DNA of 64,000 nucleotides from Dehalococcoidia bacterium (GTDB lineage Bacteria; Chloroflexota; Dehalococcoidia; UBA6926): contig OY762213.1 in the NCBI GenBank assembly GCA_963665385.1, positions 1,058,313 to 1,122,312 of the forward strand, in the 5' to 3' direction. The first letter of the stretch is position 1; each line of letters begins with the position of its first letter. Shown here piece by piece: positions 29,566-39,508 of the stretch. The position numbers and the translations under genes are program-made. A model generated the notes under the pieces. It was not told the DNA's origin and searched no databases. It saw nothing but the letters and a program-made list of their open reading frames with translations.

Positions 29566-29710
29566 GCGAACGCTCATCCTGATTTTCGGCATACTCATCG
29601 GCATCGTCCTGGCGTCATCGATGTGGCCAAAGAACCGCAGCCCTCTCGTCCAGTTCAACGCGAGGGGCATTGTGCGGATCGTCATTAATCGACCGGAGAG
29701 CGACGAGTGA
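29558..29710 (+). CDS. Possible 50-aa single-TM small protein overlapping the DedA stop
   Basis: GTG start with an AGGAACAGGA Shine-Dalgarno. Hydrophobic helix LILIFGILIGIVLASSMW. Speculative. Confidence 0.3.
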   Translation: MIKRTLILIFGILIGIVLASSMWPKNRSPLVQFNARGIVRIVINRPESDE

Positions 29711-29771
29711 AAATACTGGCGGTCATCTTTATCGTGACCGCCGTCACGTTCTCGTAGCAACGCGCTCCGAT

Positions 29772-31301
29772 TCAGTGGGCCAACGGCGAGAGATCAGGCA
29801 TGTGCTCCCCGGTGTGGCTTCGCGAGCGGCGCGCAACTCCTGTGCGGAGCGCCGCCTTGCTAACCGCCCGTGATACCGCAGTCACCACTCGTGAATTGAA
29901 GAGGCTCGGGATGATGTTCTCCTCGCTCAACTCACGATTAGAAACCACGGCGGCTAGGGCCTGCGCGGCAGCCATCTTCATCTCCTCATTGATGGTCCGC
30001 GCGCGGACATCCAGCACGCCGCGGAACATGCCGGGGAAGCAGAGGGCGTTGTTGATCTGATTCGGGTAGTCGGAGCGCCCCGTCGCCACCACGCGTACAT
30101 ATTGGTGCGCCTCTTCCGGCGACACTTCGGGGTCGGGGTTGGCCAACGCAAAGACGATGCTGTCACTGTTCATGCGCGCCAGATCTTTGGCCTCAATGAC
30201 TCCCGGCCCGGACAATCCAATGAAAAGGTCTGAGTCATTCAGTCCTGCGCGAATATCTCCGGCGAAGTTGCGCGGGTTTGTGTTCTCAGCAAGCCACATC
30301 TTGCCGGAGTTGCCCTCAATGTCGCCGCGATCGCGGTGAATCGCTCCTTGCCGGTCGAAAACGATGATGTCACGCAGGCCCGCAGCGACGAGCATCCGCG
30401 TGGTCGCCACGCCGCTCGCGCCGGCGCCGGTCATGACGGCGCGAAGCTCGCCGATATCCTTGCCGACGATCTTGAGCGCGTTTAGCAAGGCAGCCGTAAC
30501 CACGACTGCCGTACCGTGCTGATCGTCATGAAACACGGGGATATCCAGCTCCTCCTTCAGCCGCTCCTCGATCTCGAAGCAGCGCGGCGCGGAGATGTCC
30601 TCCAGGTTGATGCCGCCAAAGCCGACGGCCATCGCCTTGACTGTCTCCACTATCTGATCCGGGTCTCTGGTATCAAGGCAGATTGGCCAAGCATCCACGT
30701 CAGCGAGTTCCTTGAAGAGGATGGCTTTGCCCTCCATGACGGGCAGGGCGGCCTCCGGCCCAATGTTGCCGAGGCCCAGCACTGCTGTCCCGTCCGAGAC
30801 AACGGCCACCGTATTGGCCTTGGACGTAAGCGACCAAACAGACTCAGGGTTTTCGCCGATGAATGAGGCAACACGTCCCACGCCGGGCGTATACACCTGC
30901 GAGAGATCACGGTGATTCTCAACGGGTGTGCGGGTGTGCATCTCGATCTTGCCGCCTGTATGCACGAGGAACGAGGGATCTGTGAATGCGATGATCTTTG
31001 CGCCGGCCTTGCGCAGCGCCCGCGCGACGCGCTGTCCGTGCTCCATGTTCATCACACCGATGGTGAGATCACGGACGATACGTTTGCCACGCGTGCGGAC
31101 GAGATCGACGGCAGTGATGTCGGCCTCGTTGTCTCCGACTGTGGTCGTAATCATGCCGAGCATGCCGACCTTGTTCTGATACTCAAGGCGTATGGTGACG
31201 GTGTAACCGTATTCGGGATAGTCGGATGAGACCACGTACACCTCCCCCAGGCGCGTCGCGCTTGAGCAGTCAGTATAGCCGCCGCCGACCCACCGCGTCA
31301 T
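29772..31301 (-). CDS. NAD(P)-dependent malic enzyme with N-terminal ACT domain
   Basis: Malic enzyme core (YTPGVGRV...AVVSDGTAVLGLGNIGP...GINLEDISAPRCF) preceded by an ACT-like domain of about 75 aa. Confidence 0.88.
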   Translation of the reverse strand: MTRWVGGGYTDCSSATRLGEVYVVSSDYPEYGYTVTIRLEYQNKVGMLGMITTTVGDNEADITAVDLVRTRGKRIVRDLTIGVMNMEHGQRVARALRKAGAKIIAFTDPSFLVHTGGKIEMHTRTPVENHRDLSQVYTPGVGRVASFIGENPESVWSLTSKANTVAVVSDGTAVLGLGNIGPEAALPVMEGKAILFKELADVDAWPICLDTRDPDQIVETVKAMAVGFGGINLEDISAPRCFEIEERLKEELDIPVFHDDQHGTAVVVTAALLNALKIVGKDIGELRAVMTGAGASGVATTRMLVAAGLRDIIVFDRQGAIHRDRGDIEGNSGKMWLAENTNPRNFAGDIRAGLNDSDLFIGLSGPGVIEAKDLARMNSDSIVFALANPDPEVSPEEAHQYVRVVATGRSDYPNQINNALCFPGMFRGVLDVRARTINEEMKMAAAQALAAVVSNRELSEENIIPSLFNSRVVTAVSRAVSKAALRTGVARRSRSHTGEHMPDLSPLAH

Positions 31302-31351
31302 GAGATTGTGTCACATTTCCACTCTCACTGACGCCGCCGGTTCCTCCGGCC

Positions 31352-32521
31352 TCACTCCCCGAACGTCACCATCTGCGCCTCATCCGCGCTCATCCTGACT
31401 AACTCGTCAACATCAAGCGCCGCTTCCATGCGTTCCGCCTCAACAATGGATGACCGCAGAATGGGATGTTTCGGCACGAAGAGAGAGCAACAGTCCTCGT
31501 CCGGCAAGATTGATATATCAAACGTTTCTAATCGGCGTGCCTCGGTGATGATCTCCTGCTTGTCCATGCCGATAAGCGGCCTTAGCACGGGCATCCTCGC
31601 CACCGAATCAATCGTGGAAATATTCTCCACGGTCTGGCTGGCCACCTGTCCGATGCTCTCTCCGGTCACGAGGGCCAGCGCGTTTACTCGCCGCGCCAAC
31701 TCCTCCGCCACGCGCACCATGAATCGTCTGTAAGCGACCACTCGGTACGCCGGGTTGACCGCCGCGACGATCTGACGCTGCGCGTCCGCAAATGGCACAA
31801 GGTGCAGGCGTGATCCGAATTGTGATTCGTCCAGCACACGCACGAGGTCTCGCGCCTTGTCCCGCGACGAACCGTCCACGAGCGGGAAACTGTGAAAGTG
31901 AACAAAATCCACCGTGCATCCACGTCGGAACATGCGGGCCGCCGCGACCGGCGAGTCGATGCCGCCCGACAACAGCGCCATGACGTGGCCGGAACTGCCA
32001 ACCGGCAGCCCGCCCGCGCCGGGAACGGACTCCACGTAGACGAATGCGTCTCTCTCCCGCACGTCAACGCGCAGATCGATGTCTGCCCCTCGAAGCTTGA
32101 CCGCCGCACCCGTTTCCTCTTCTACGAGAGAGCCGATCTGTGTGTTCAGGTCAGCGGAGGTCATCGGGTAGCGCTTGTCAGCCCGTGATGCGGATACCCG
32201 AAAGGTCTTTGCGCCGTTCCACTCGGCGCGAATGGTTTCCCTGACACCGTCAACAATCTCGTCAAATGCCAGGCCGGTTCGGAGCGCCGGTGCGATTCGG
32301 GCGATCCCGTACACACGCGAAATGACTTTCAGGGCAGGGGAGGCATCGGACCCGTCGGGCAGATCAACACGAATCTGGCTGTGTTCCTGCCGAACAGGGT
32401 GGTCCAGCCCCGCCCGCGCCAGCGCCTTGCGCACGTTGGTGGCCAACGCGCCGACAAATACGCCGCGGTTCTTTCCCTTCAGTGCCACCTCGTGGTAGCG
32501 AATCAGCAGATGTCTTGACAT
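31352..32521 (-). CDS. thiI: tRNA 4-thiouridine(8) synthase ThiI
   Basis: HLLIRYHEVALKGKNR (N-terminal), THUMP region, and PP-loop LLSGGIDSPVAA. Start chosen at the MSRHLLIRY methionine; the track's longer ORF (to 32650) adds about 43 aa that look non-native. Confidence 0.85.
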   Translation of the reverse strand: MSRHLLIRYHEVALKGKNRGVFVGALATNVRKALARAGLDHPVRQEHSQIRVDLPDGSDASPALKVISRVYGIARIAPALRTGLAFDEIVDGVRETIRAEWNGAKTFRVSASRADKRYPMTSADLNTQIGSLVEEETGAAVKLRGADIDLRVDVRERDAFVYVESVPGAGGLPVGSSGHVMALLSGGIDSPVAAARMFRRGCTVDFVHFHSFPLVDGSSRDKARDLVRVLDESQFGSRLHLVPFADAQRQIVAAVNPAYRVVAYRRFMVRVAEELARRVNALALVTGESIGQVASQTVENISTIDSVARMPVLRPLIGMDKQEIITEARRLETFDISILPDEDCCSLFVPKHPILRSSIVEAERMEAALDVDELVRMSADEAQMVTFGE

Positions 32522-32642
32522 TCGCCTCGTGCCATTCCGTGTTCCATGACTGCTCATCAATACTAACGTGGTCAGCCCGGGGCACGCCTCGCTCCTTGAC
32601 ATGCAATTGGAGGGCGGCGTACAGTCGGCATGAATTATTGCC

Positions 32643-32876
32643 TTGGACACGCAGAAAGTGGGGGAGTGGGAGATGCCTGAAACAGATCCTGTTACCGGTT
32701 ACGAGTTTTCCGACAGCGAGGTTACGGAGATCGACAACGGCAACAACCGCGTCGGCACCAAGTTCCGGCACGATAGCAAGTGGTACTACTTCAGGAGCCT
32801 GTCTGAGCGGCAGAAGTTCATCGGCAACCCTGAGGCGTTCCTCGGCGGCGGCGAGGATTCTGACAGCAACGACTAG
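32643..32876 (+). CDS. Small YHS/TRASH-like domain protein lacking the usual cysteines
   Basis: KWYYFRSLSERQKFIGNPEAF resembles the YHS motif (xYYFCSxxCxxKFxxNPxxY) but with Ser in place of Cys. Alternative start ATG 32673 (MPETDPV). Divergent from thiI. Confidence 0.45.
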   Translation: MDTQKVGEWEMPETDPVTGYEFSDSEVTEIDNGNNRVGTKFRHDSKWYYFRSLSERQKFIGNPEAFLGGGEDSDSND

Positions 32877-32882
32877 GCGCCC

Positions 32883-34343
32883 TTACGCTGCGGGCGGGGG
32901 CACGAGTTCATCAACAAGGTCCCAATAAGCGGTCGACAGCGACGGATCTCGATCATTTAGGTAGTCGCCGAGAGTAGGGACTATCACTACGTTCGGCGCG
33001 ATTCCCGTCTCCTGGATTTGACGTCCTGACGGCGTGTGCCAGTTTGAGACGGTCACGTACAACGCGGAGCCGTCACTGAGTTCCTGGAACGCCTGCACGC
33101 TGCCCTTGCCGAATGTTCGAGTGCCGTACACAGTGGCGCGTTCATGATCCTGGAGCGCCCCGGCCACGACCTCCGACGCGCTGGCTGAGAACCCGTTGAC
33201 GAGCACAGAAAGGGGCAGTTCATAGGCCTGCCCATCCTTGTCTACCTCCCATTCGATGCGGCGGCCCTCCCGCGTTACCTCGTACATCGCGAGTCCCTCC
33301 GGCACGAATTCCCCGATGATGCTGACTGCACCCGACAGTGAACCGCCGGGGTTGGAGCGAACGTCCAGAATCAGCGCCTCGATGTTTCGCTCGAGCAGCG
33401 TGCTGAGCGCCTCATTGAAATCATCACCCGTTTCCCGGTGGAAGCGTTCCACCCGGATGTAGCCGATCAGCGGTCGTTCTGAGCCTTCGCCAAAGATTCG
33501 CGTCTCAAGGGATGTTGGCACCACTCCACGCACGACCGTAACGCTCATCCGGGCGGTCGGGTCGTCCCACGGCCGCCTTATCTCAAGCACAACCTCCGTG
33601 CCGCTCTCTCCCTTTACAATCTCCACCAGCTCATCGACGTCCATCTCAGTTACATCTATGCCGTTCACGGAGATGATGCCGTCGCCCGCCTGCAGGCCTG
33701 CCGCCTCCGCCGGGCCGCCAATGAATACGTCTGAGATCACGTTAATCTCGCTTGTGGTTCCAACACGGGCCCCAATGCCCTCATACGAGCTCTCCGCGAA
33801 GAACTCCTGGGCTTCCTCATACTGTCCCGAATCCAGGAACGTGAGGGCAGGGTCCTCTCCGCGCACAAACAGCCCCCGCCGGGCAGCCTCCGTGACTGCT
33901 TCGAGTGGCGCGTCAGGGAAATCTCGCTGGAGGATCTGCATCGCTCGCCAGATGTCCTCGAGGCCGGGCGGCACAGTTGATGGTACTCCTTCATCCGAAC
34001 TTTCCACTTCGGTAAGGATGCGGTCGGCTGTATTGAAGCCCCGCTCTCCGGTAGCCGCAATAGTCATGAAGTAGATGGTGCGGTCGATGTCGTCCTGGTT
34101 GGGACGGAGTGGAATGCCTGTGGTCTCTTCAAAGACACGTATCGCTTCAGTGAGAATGCCGAAGTTTCCCGACCCGCTGAACGATATTCGATCATCGCTT
34201 GGCGCAACGAACGTCTCACGAACGCCGGCAACCAGAACGATGAACATCAACAGCAAAGACAGTCCAACGGTGAACGACACCGCGCGGCCCGGGTTCTGTC
34301 GAGTCTCAGGGGGAAGTTCGGACTCAGGCTCGTAAAGATTCAT
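32883..34343 (-). CDS. ctpA: Carboxyl-terminal processing protease (peptidase S41) with PDZ domain and N-terminal TM anchor
   Basis: S41 motifs FNALSTLLERNIEALILDVRSNPGG and SASASEVVAGALQDHERATVYGTRTFGKGSVQ, plus a PDZ region (GIISVNGIDV). Confidence 0.88.
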   Translation of the reverse strand: MNLYEPESELPPETRQNPGRAVSFTVGLSLLLMFIVLVAGVRETFVAPSDDRISFSGSGNFGILTEAIRVFEETTGIPLRPNQDDIDRTIYFMTIAATGERGFNTADRILTEVESSDEGVPSTVPPGLEDIWRAMQILQRDFPDAPLEAVTEAARRGLFVRGEDPALTFLDSGQYEEAQEFFAESSYEGIGARVGTTSEINVISDVFIGGPAEAAGLQAGDGIISVNGIDVTEMDVDELVEIVKGESGTEVVLEIRRPWDDPTARMSVTVVRGVVPTSLETRIFGEGSERPLIGYIRVERFHRETGDDFNEALSTLLERNIEALILDVRSNPGGSLSGAVSIIGEFVPEGLAMYEVTREGRRIEWEVDKDGQAYELPLSVLVNGFSASASEVVAGALQDHERATVYGTRTFGKGSVQAFQELSDGSALYVTVSNWHTPSGRQIQETGIAPNVVIVPTLGDYLNDRDPSLSTAYWDLVDELVPPPAA

Positions 34344-34469
34344 TGCGTGTCCTCATTCTACGCGCGGCAAGCCACACCCACGAGGTGGGCTTGCTGCCGT
34401 TGCATCGTATACTTGAACGCATAACGACCCTTAACGGTTTCCCGTCTCGAGCGATTTAAGCGGAGGCAG

Positions 34470-35639
34470 ATGAGCAAGCGACGCAACGGCAGCAGTCCGG
34501 GATCAAACGGTCACGCAACGGCCCGGCCCGGCGAGCGTGCGCTGCTTATCGGCGCGGCAGTCAAGAGCAGGGGAGCGTCCTGGTCGCTCGATGAGTCCCT
34601 TGATGAACTCAATGCGCTTGTGCAGAGCGCCGGCGCAACTGTTGTGGCCGTTGAGCGCCAACGACTCGATCGATTCACCCCTCACTACATGGGCAGCGGC
34701 AAACTCGAAGAGATGCTTAGCCTCGCCCGTGATGAGGAGATATCCACCATCATCCTCGATGACGAGTTGACGCCAACCCAGCAGCGCAATCTCGAAGAGT
34801 CTTTCAAGGTCAAGGTACTGGATAGAACGGCGCTGATCCTGGATATCTTTGCGCAGCGCGCCCAATCCATGGAGGGGCGGCTGCAGGTTGAATTGGCGCA
34901 GCATGAATACCTCCTGCCGCGCATTCGCGGCCAATGGAGCCACCTTGAGCGACTTGGCGGCGGTATTGGGACACGAGGCCCCGGCGAATCGCAGTTGGAA
35001 ACGGATCGCCGCCTGGTCCGCAACCGCATCCACCGACTGAAGGGGCAGCTGGAGGACGTGCGCCGCCGTCGTGCTCAACATCGTGAATCCCGCAAAAACA
35101 AGGGCCTGCCCACGGTCTCCCTTATCGGCTATACGAACGCCGGCAAGAGCACACTGATGAACGCTCTGACACGTGCCGACGTGCTTGCGGAGGACAAACC
35201 ATTCGCAACACTGGACCCCGTAACGCGCATGATGCGGCTGGCCGGAGGCGAGGGACTGCTCACAGACACCGTCGGTTTCATCCAGAAGCTCCCACACAGC
35301 CTCGTCGCGGCTTTCCGCGCAACGCTTGAGGAATTGGAGGACGCCGACTTGCTCCTCCACGTAGCGGACGCCAACGCGCCTGCTGCGTCCATGCACTACA
35401 AATCGGTGCTCTCATTGCTGGACGAGCTTGAGGTGGCTGACAAGCCGCGCATCCTTGTTATGAACAAGATGGACCTTGTTGATGCCGAATCGTCGCCCGA
35501 GTACCGCGTCCTCGTGGATCAGGCTCTAAACAGGACGCCAGACCTCGCCATCATCCCCGTGTCGGCGCTTTCAGGACGCGGCCTTGACGACCTCCGCAGC
35601 GCGATCGAATTCAACCTCGCCTCCGCCGTCCGCGCCTAA
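34470..35639 (+). CDS. hflX: GTPase HflX
   Basis: N-terminal HflX domain and G-domain ([28 protein letters not shown]). Confidence 0.9.
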   Translation: MSKRRNGSSPGSNGHATARPGERALLIGAAVKSRGASWSLDESLDELNALVQSAGATVVAVERQRLDRFTPHYMGSGKLEEMLSLARDEEISTIILDDELTPTQQRNLEESFKVKVLDRTALILDIFAQRAQSMEGRLQVELAQHEYLLPRIRGQWSHLERLGGGIGTRGPGESQLETDRRLVRNRIHRLKGQLEDVRRRRAQHRESRKNKGLPTVSLIGYTNAGKSTLMNALTRADVLAEDKPFATLDPVTRMMRLAGGEGLLTDTVGFIQKLPHSLVAAFRATLEELEDADLLLHVADANAPAASMHYKSVLSLLDELEVADKPRILVMNKMDLVDAESSPEYRVLVDQALNRTPDLAIIPVSALSGRGLDDLRSAIEFNLASAVRA

Positions 35640-36088
35640 CCGCCCAGCCATTCCAGGTAAAGGCGCGTACAAAGCGACCCAAGCATTGCCGCCTCCTGCA
35701 GATCTTCCGGCGCGGCCCAACACCAGTCCTCGTAGAGCGTGACCGGGTCCCCCGAATCAACCTGGCGCACAGGCAGTGAGATGGGTAGGGGAGAGTTTTC
35801 GTCCCACAGCATCCCATAGACCGTCATTGATTGTGAATTCGCCCCGTCGTCGCGCTGCCCCTCATGGATCCTCATAAGACCTTCGATAGACACCTGAAGT
35901 CGCAACTTGTCCTTGAGGACACGTGACACGGCTTCTTCCTCTGATTCGCCGTCCCGTGCAGTGGCGGCTGGCAAGCCCCACAATCCGCCGAGCGGATCAT
36001 CCGGGACCTTTGGCCGCAACACAGCGACCACGCGCTCAGCGCCGCCGGGCTGCACGGAGCGAATCGCCACCGAGACAGAACGCTTCAC
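35636..36088 (-). CDS. NUDIX-fold protein with a degenerate Nudix box
   Basis: [30 protein letters not shown] aligns in shape to the Nudix box, but the REx2EE residues are replaced. Convergent 4-nt overlap with hflX. Confidence 0.5.
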   Translation of the reverse strand: MKRSVSVAIRSVQPGGAERVVAVLRPKVPDDPLGGLWGLPAATARDGESEEEAVSRVLKDKLRLQVSIEGLMRIHEGQRDDGANSQSMTVYGMLWDENSPLPISLPVRQVDSGDPVTLYEDWCWAAPEDLQEAAMLGSLCTRLYLEWLGG

Positions 36089-36324
36089 GTCTAACGCCTT
36101 TCGCAGGGTTCAGGGTCAAAAACTGTCGGGCAGTGGACTAATGGCCCATTTTCGTTGCGGCACATCTTACTTCGCACAATAGATATTATGTTGTTTTCAA
36201 ATAGCTATGGGCGAGCGAGAGCCAAACTGAATCCGCTATCCCCGCCGTTGACATCCTCTAAGCTGTGACCCCACGATAATCTTCAGAGCGACTCGTACAC
36301 GTACAGTTCCGCTCCGACATCGTC

Positions 36325-36699
36325 ATGAACAAAGTCTACCGAAACTACATCATTGGCCTCGTGGCCGTCGGATTCATTGTTTTGAACCCGCTCCATCTGC
36401 CATGGTCGATGCAATGGTTCATTGAAAATCAAGCCGGTACAGCGCTGGGCGAATTCGTCGCCACGTACGAGTCACAGATCATCGTCGGCGCGACCGTTTA
36501 CTTCACGGCGGTGATGATTCCCGTCTACATCTGGCTGTGGCGTCGGAGGCGCAATGCCGGGCAAACTCCTAGACGAGAGGCCCCTGCACCGATTGAAAAC
36601 CCGGAGCCGGGCGAGCCGACCTACCGCGGCCCCGGTGGAGGCAAGCGCCTACCGCCAAGCATGAGGCCCAAAGCAAACCGACGCCGCCGCAGGCGCTAG
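36325..36699 (+). CDS. Hypothetical membrane protein (2 TM) with an Arg-rich C-terminal tail
   Basis: Hydrophobic segments IIGLVAVGFIVL and IIVGATVYFTAVMIPVYIWLW, followed by a RRRRNAG...ANRRRRRR tail. Preceded by an AT-rich intergenic region. Confidence 0.5.
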   Translation: MNKVYRNYIIGLVAVGFIVLNPLHLPWSMQWFIENQAGTALGEFVATYESQIIVGATVYFTAVMIPVYIWLWRRRRNAGQTPRREAPAPIENPEPGEPTYRGPGGGKRLPPSMRPKANRRRRRR

Positions 36700-36715
36700 A
36701 AGCCGCCCGCCTGCC

Positions 36716-37222
36716 ATGAGGCGTTACGAGCCGGAGACCGTTAAAGACATCGTTCTCGGCTACCTTGGGCGCGGTGGGTATATGCTGCCCACCAATGAAT
36801 CCGGCGAGGAACCGCCCATTGGCGACCTCGTTATCTTGCATGGGCGCGGCCACCGGGCCGTCGCGCGATTCGAGTTCGGCGTGTCGCCTGGAAAACTCGA
36901 ACCATCCGCTGTGGAGGAGTTCAGTAACCAAAAGGAGTCCTTACAGGCAACTGCCGCCTTTCTGATCACTGACGGAGAACTGTCGGACGCTGCGCGAGAG
37001 CGCGTAGAGGAGGCAGGTGTCACGGTCATCGCCGGCCAATCGTTGGAGAACCTGGTCGTGGCTTATTGTGGCGCGACGTGGCCTCCACTAAGGCGACCTG
37101 AGGAGCCGCTGCCGTTCCAGAAGTACATTCCGTGGTTCGTAGGAATCTCGCTGGTCGTGATCGTGGCCCTCGTTTTGGCTCTGATCTCAGCCGAATTGAC
37201 CATACGACCGCCGGATTGGTGA
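36716..37222 (+). CDS. Hypothetical protein with a restriction-endonuclease-like (Mrr_cat-like) N-domain and a C-terminal TM helix
   Basis: LGYLGRGGYML...GDLVILHGRGHRAVARFEFG...AFLITDGELSDAA loosely fits the PF04471 pattern. C-terminal TM WFVGISLVVIVALVLALI. Low certainty. Confidence 0.4.
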   Translation: MRRYEPETVKDIVLGYLGRGGYMLPTNESGEEPPIGDLVILHGRGHRAVARFEFGVSPGKLEPSAVEEFSNQKESLQATAAFLITDGELSDAARERVEEAGVTVIAGQSLENLVVAYCGATWPPLRRPEEPLPFQKYIPWFVGISLVVIVALVLALISAELTIRPPDW

Positions 37223-37224
37223 GG

Positions 37225-37689
37225 TTAGGCGCGTCTCGCCCGCTGCCTGTCCTCGCTGTCGATGATGATCGTCACGGGTCCATCGTTGACCAGCTCCACG
37301 TCCATCATCGCCCCGAATCGCCCCGTCTCAACGGTCAAACTCTGACTCCGCAATTCGGTAACTAGCAATTCATAGAGACGCTCTGCCTCCGCGGGTTGCG
37401 CCACTCCTTTGAAACTGGGTCTGCGCCCCTTGCGCGTATCCGCGTACAGCGTGAACTGGCTGACAACAAGCAACGAGCCGCCCGTCTCGGTCACGGAGCT
37501 CTCGAAATGCTTGTCACCGTCGGCGAAGATGCGAAGGTTAGGAATCTTCCCTGCGAGGTAACTGACGTCATCCTCAGTGTCGCCGTCCCTCACACCGGCA
37601 AGGATCAGCGCACCGTGCCCGATTTCCCCGACTATCTCGCCGTCAACGCGCACGCTCGCGCGTGAAACCCGCTGGACGACGAGGCGCAC
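37225..37689 (-). CDS. dtd: D-aminoacyl-tRNA deacylase
   Basis: MRLVVQRVSRASV...ILAGV...SQFTLYAD...GAMM are Dtd signatures. Confidence 0.9.
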   Translation of the reverse strand: MRLVVQRVSRASVRVDGEIVGEIGHGALILAGVRDGDTEDDVSYLAGKIPNLRIFADGDKHFESSVTETGGSLLVVSQFTLYADTRKGRRPSFKGVAQPAEAERLYELLVTELRSQSLTVETGRFGAMMDVELVNDGPVTIIIDSEDRQRARRA

Positions 37690-37695
37690 GCTGCG

Positions 37696-38016
37696 TTAGT
37701 GCGGATGCGGGTGTGGGTGCGGATGGGTGTGATCCGATGCGCCGGCGGAGGCATGGTCGTGATCGTCGCCACCGGAAGAATCCCCGCTGGAATCACCGCC
37801 GTCGTCAGAGTCCTTGGCAGGCGGTTGCCCGGTCTTTCTCCCGCCGTAGTCGTTCACATAGAAGCCGCTTCCCTTGAAGACAACGGCGGGCATGGAGATG
37901 CGCTGCTTCCCCTCGCCACCGCACTCAGGGCACGTCGCCTCTCGAGTGTCGTGATACCCCTGCCGCACGGCAAAGCGGTGTGAACATGATTGGCACATAT
38001 AGTCGTACATCGGCAT
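37696..38016 (-). CDS. FmdB-family zinc-ribbon protein with an acidic Ser/Gly/Asp region and a His-Pro repeat tail
   Basis: MPMYDYMCQSCSHRF...CPECGG (CxxC...CxxC, PF09723-like). C-terminus DHDHASAGASDHTHPHPHPHPH. Confidence 0.7.
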   Translation of the reverse strand: MPMYDYMCQSCSHRFAVRQGYHDTREATCPECGGEGKQRISMPAVVFKGSGFYVNDYGGRKTGQPPAKDSDDGGDSSGDSSGGDDHDHASAGASDHTHPHPHPHPH

Positions 38017-38086
38017 AGCTGGTATTCCCGTTGACTCGTGATTGAACCGAAAAAGTCTTTGTTGAGAGAGAGATGGCCCTCACAAA

Positions 38087-38353
38087 TTAGTAGGCGCCGA
38101 CTCCCGTGTCCGGATCCATCTTGCCCTGGTCTTCGGCTTCTCCTTTGCGATTCCAATAGCTGCCAAAGCCGGTCTTCTTCTGATCGCTCGTGTAGAACCC
38201 GTCCGCGTTGTACACAACCTGCGGAATATGGAGAACCCGCTTGCTCTCTGTCTCACAGGTCGGACAAGGCGCAACAGGTTCGGAATCGAAACTCTGTCGA
38301 AGCTCAAAGCGTTGTTCGCAGCTCGGGCAATCGTAATCGTATCGTGGCGCCAT
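38087..38353 (-). CDS. FmdB-family zinc-ribbon protein (tandem paralog)
   Basis: MAPRYDYDCPSCEQRFEL...CPTCE; same fold as the adjacent gene. Confidence 0.7.
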   Translation of the reverse strand: MAPRYDYDCPSCEQRFELRQSFDSEPVAPCPTCETESKRVLHIPQVVYNADGFYTSDQKKTGFGSYWNRKGEAEDQGKMDPDTGVGAY

Positions 38354-38554
38354 TATTTCCCCGTTCCCTCGTGGCCGCGCTGACGTGGATTCGCGTCAAC
38401 CGCCTACGGCCATACGGGCGCATTGCGTGTTCTTTTGTCCTGTTGGCGGCACATAAGATTGTATGTGTGGTCGTATCTGAGGTCAACCTAAGCATCTCAC
38501 GGCTCGCGTGCTATACTGAGCCAGATACACATTGCGGATTCAAAGGGGTGGCTC

Positions 38555-39376
38555 TTGACGACTGACGGTGGGACAACAACGGCCGGCGAGGAAACGGCGA
38601 CGATTCAGGCTGCGGCGGAAACGCCGCCAACTCCGGAAAACGGCGATAAGCCTGAAATCACCATGAAGACGCTGTTGGAGGCCGGAGTCCATTTTGGACA
38701 CCCCACCCGCCGCTGGCACCCCAAGATGAAGCCGTTTGTGTTTACACAGCGCAACGGTATCCACATCATCGATCTTCAGAAGACTCTCAACCGGCTTGAG
38801 GCCGCAGCTGAGTTCGTTCGTGAAGTTGCGTTGTCCGGCAAGAAGGTGCTTTTCGTCGGTACAAAGAAGCAGGCGCAGGACGCAGTTTCCTCAGAGGCAA
38901 CACGGGCCGACCAGCCTTGGGTCAACCAGCGATGGCTGGGCGGCACCCTCACCAATTTCCGCACCATCCAGTCACGGATTGACTACCTGGTGCGGCAGGA
39001 GGACCGCCGCTCGAAGGGAGAGTACGCCTTCCTGCCCAAGAAAGAGGCCGGACGCCTTGAGGACCGCATCGCCAAGCTCAATCGCTATCTCGGCGGCATC
39101 AAGGAGATGACAGAGATGCCCGGCGCAATCTTCATCATTGACGCCGCCCGCGAAAAGATCGCCATAGCTGAGGGGCGCAAGATGGGAATTCCCATCGTCG
39201 CCATCGCTGACACAGACTGTAACGTTGATCTCATTGACTACCCTATCCCCGGCAATGATGACGCCATTCGCGCCCTCCGCCTGATGACCGGCCACCTAGC
39301 CGACGCCATCATTGAGGGCGCCACCGAGGGACAGAACATGAGACAGGAGGGCGAGGCCGCAGCAGCGACCGCCTGA
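38555..39376 (+). CDS. rpsB: 30S ribosomal protein S2
   Basis: [24 protein letters not shown]...NGIHIIDL. Start uncertain: TTG 38555 has an AAGGGG Shine-Dalgarno; ATG 38666 would give the canonical length. Confidence 0.92.
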   Translation: MTTDGGTTTAGEETATIQAAAETPPTPENGDKPEITMKTLLEAGVHFGHPTRRWHPKMKPFVFTQRNGIHIIDLQKTLNRLEAAAEFVREVALSGKKVLFVGTKKQAQDAVSSEATRADQPWVNQRWLGGTLTNFRTIQSRIDYLVRQEDRRSKGEYAFLPKKEAGRLEDRIAKLNRYLGGIKEMTEMPGAIFIIDAAREKIAIAEGRKMGIPIVAIADTDCNVDLIDYPIPGNDDAIRALRLMTGHLADAIIEGATEGQNMRQEGEAAAATA

Positions 39377-39508
39377 CCCCCCCGCCCTGATAGAACGACA
39401 TCAAGCAAATCCAGCCCTGCAATCGCGCGGGCTCAAACAAGAAACAGCAGGCACTGACCGCGCCGCCCGGGATGGATGGCGCGTGAACGATAACGACAGG
39501 AGTGTGGA

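Noticed and set aside
31352-32650. Long ThiI ORF version (432 aa) overlapping the YHS-like gene start
   Set aside because: The extra 43 N-terminal residues (MSKAIIHADCTPPSNC...) do not resemble ThiI. The canonical N-terminus begins at MSRHLLIRY, so the shorter gene model was adopted.
38354-38554. Possible promoter or leader for rpsB (tgctatact -10-like element)
   Set aside because: A -10-like TATACT with an extended TG is present, but I could not pair it with a -35 at sensible spacing. Not reported as a feature.
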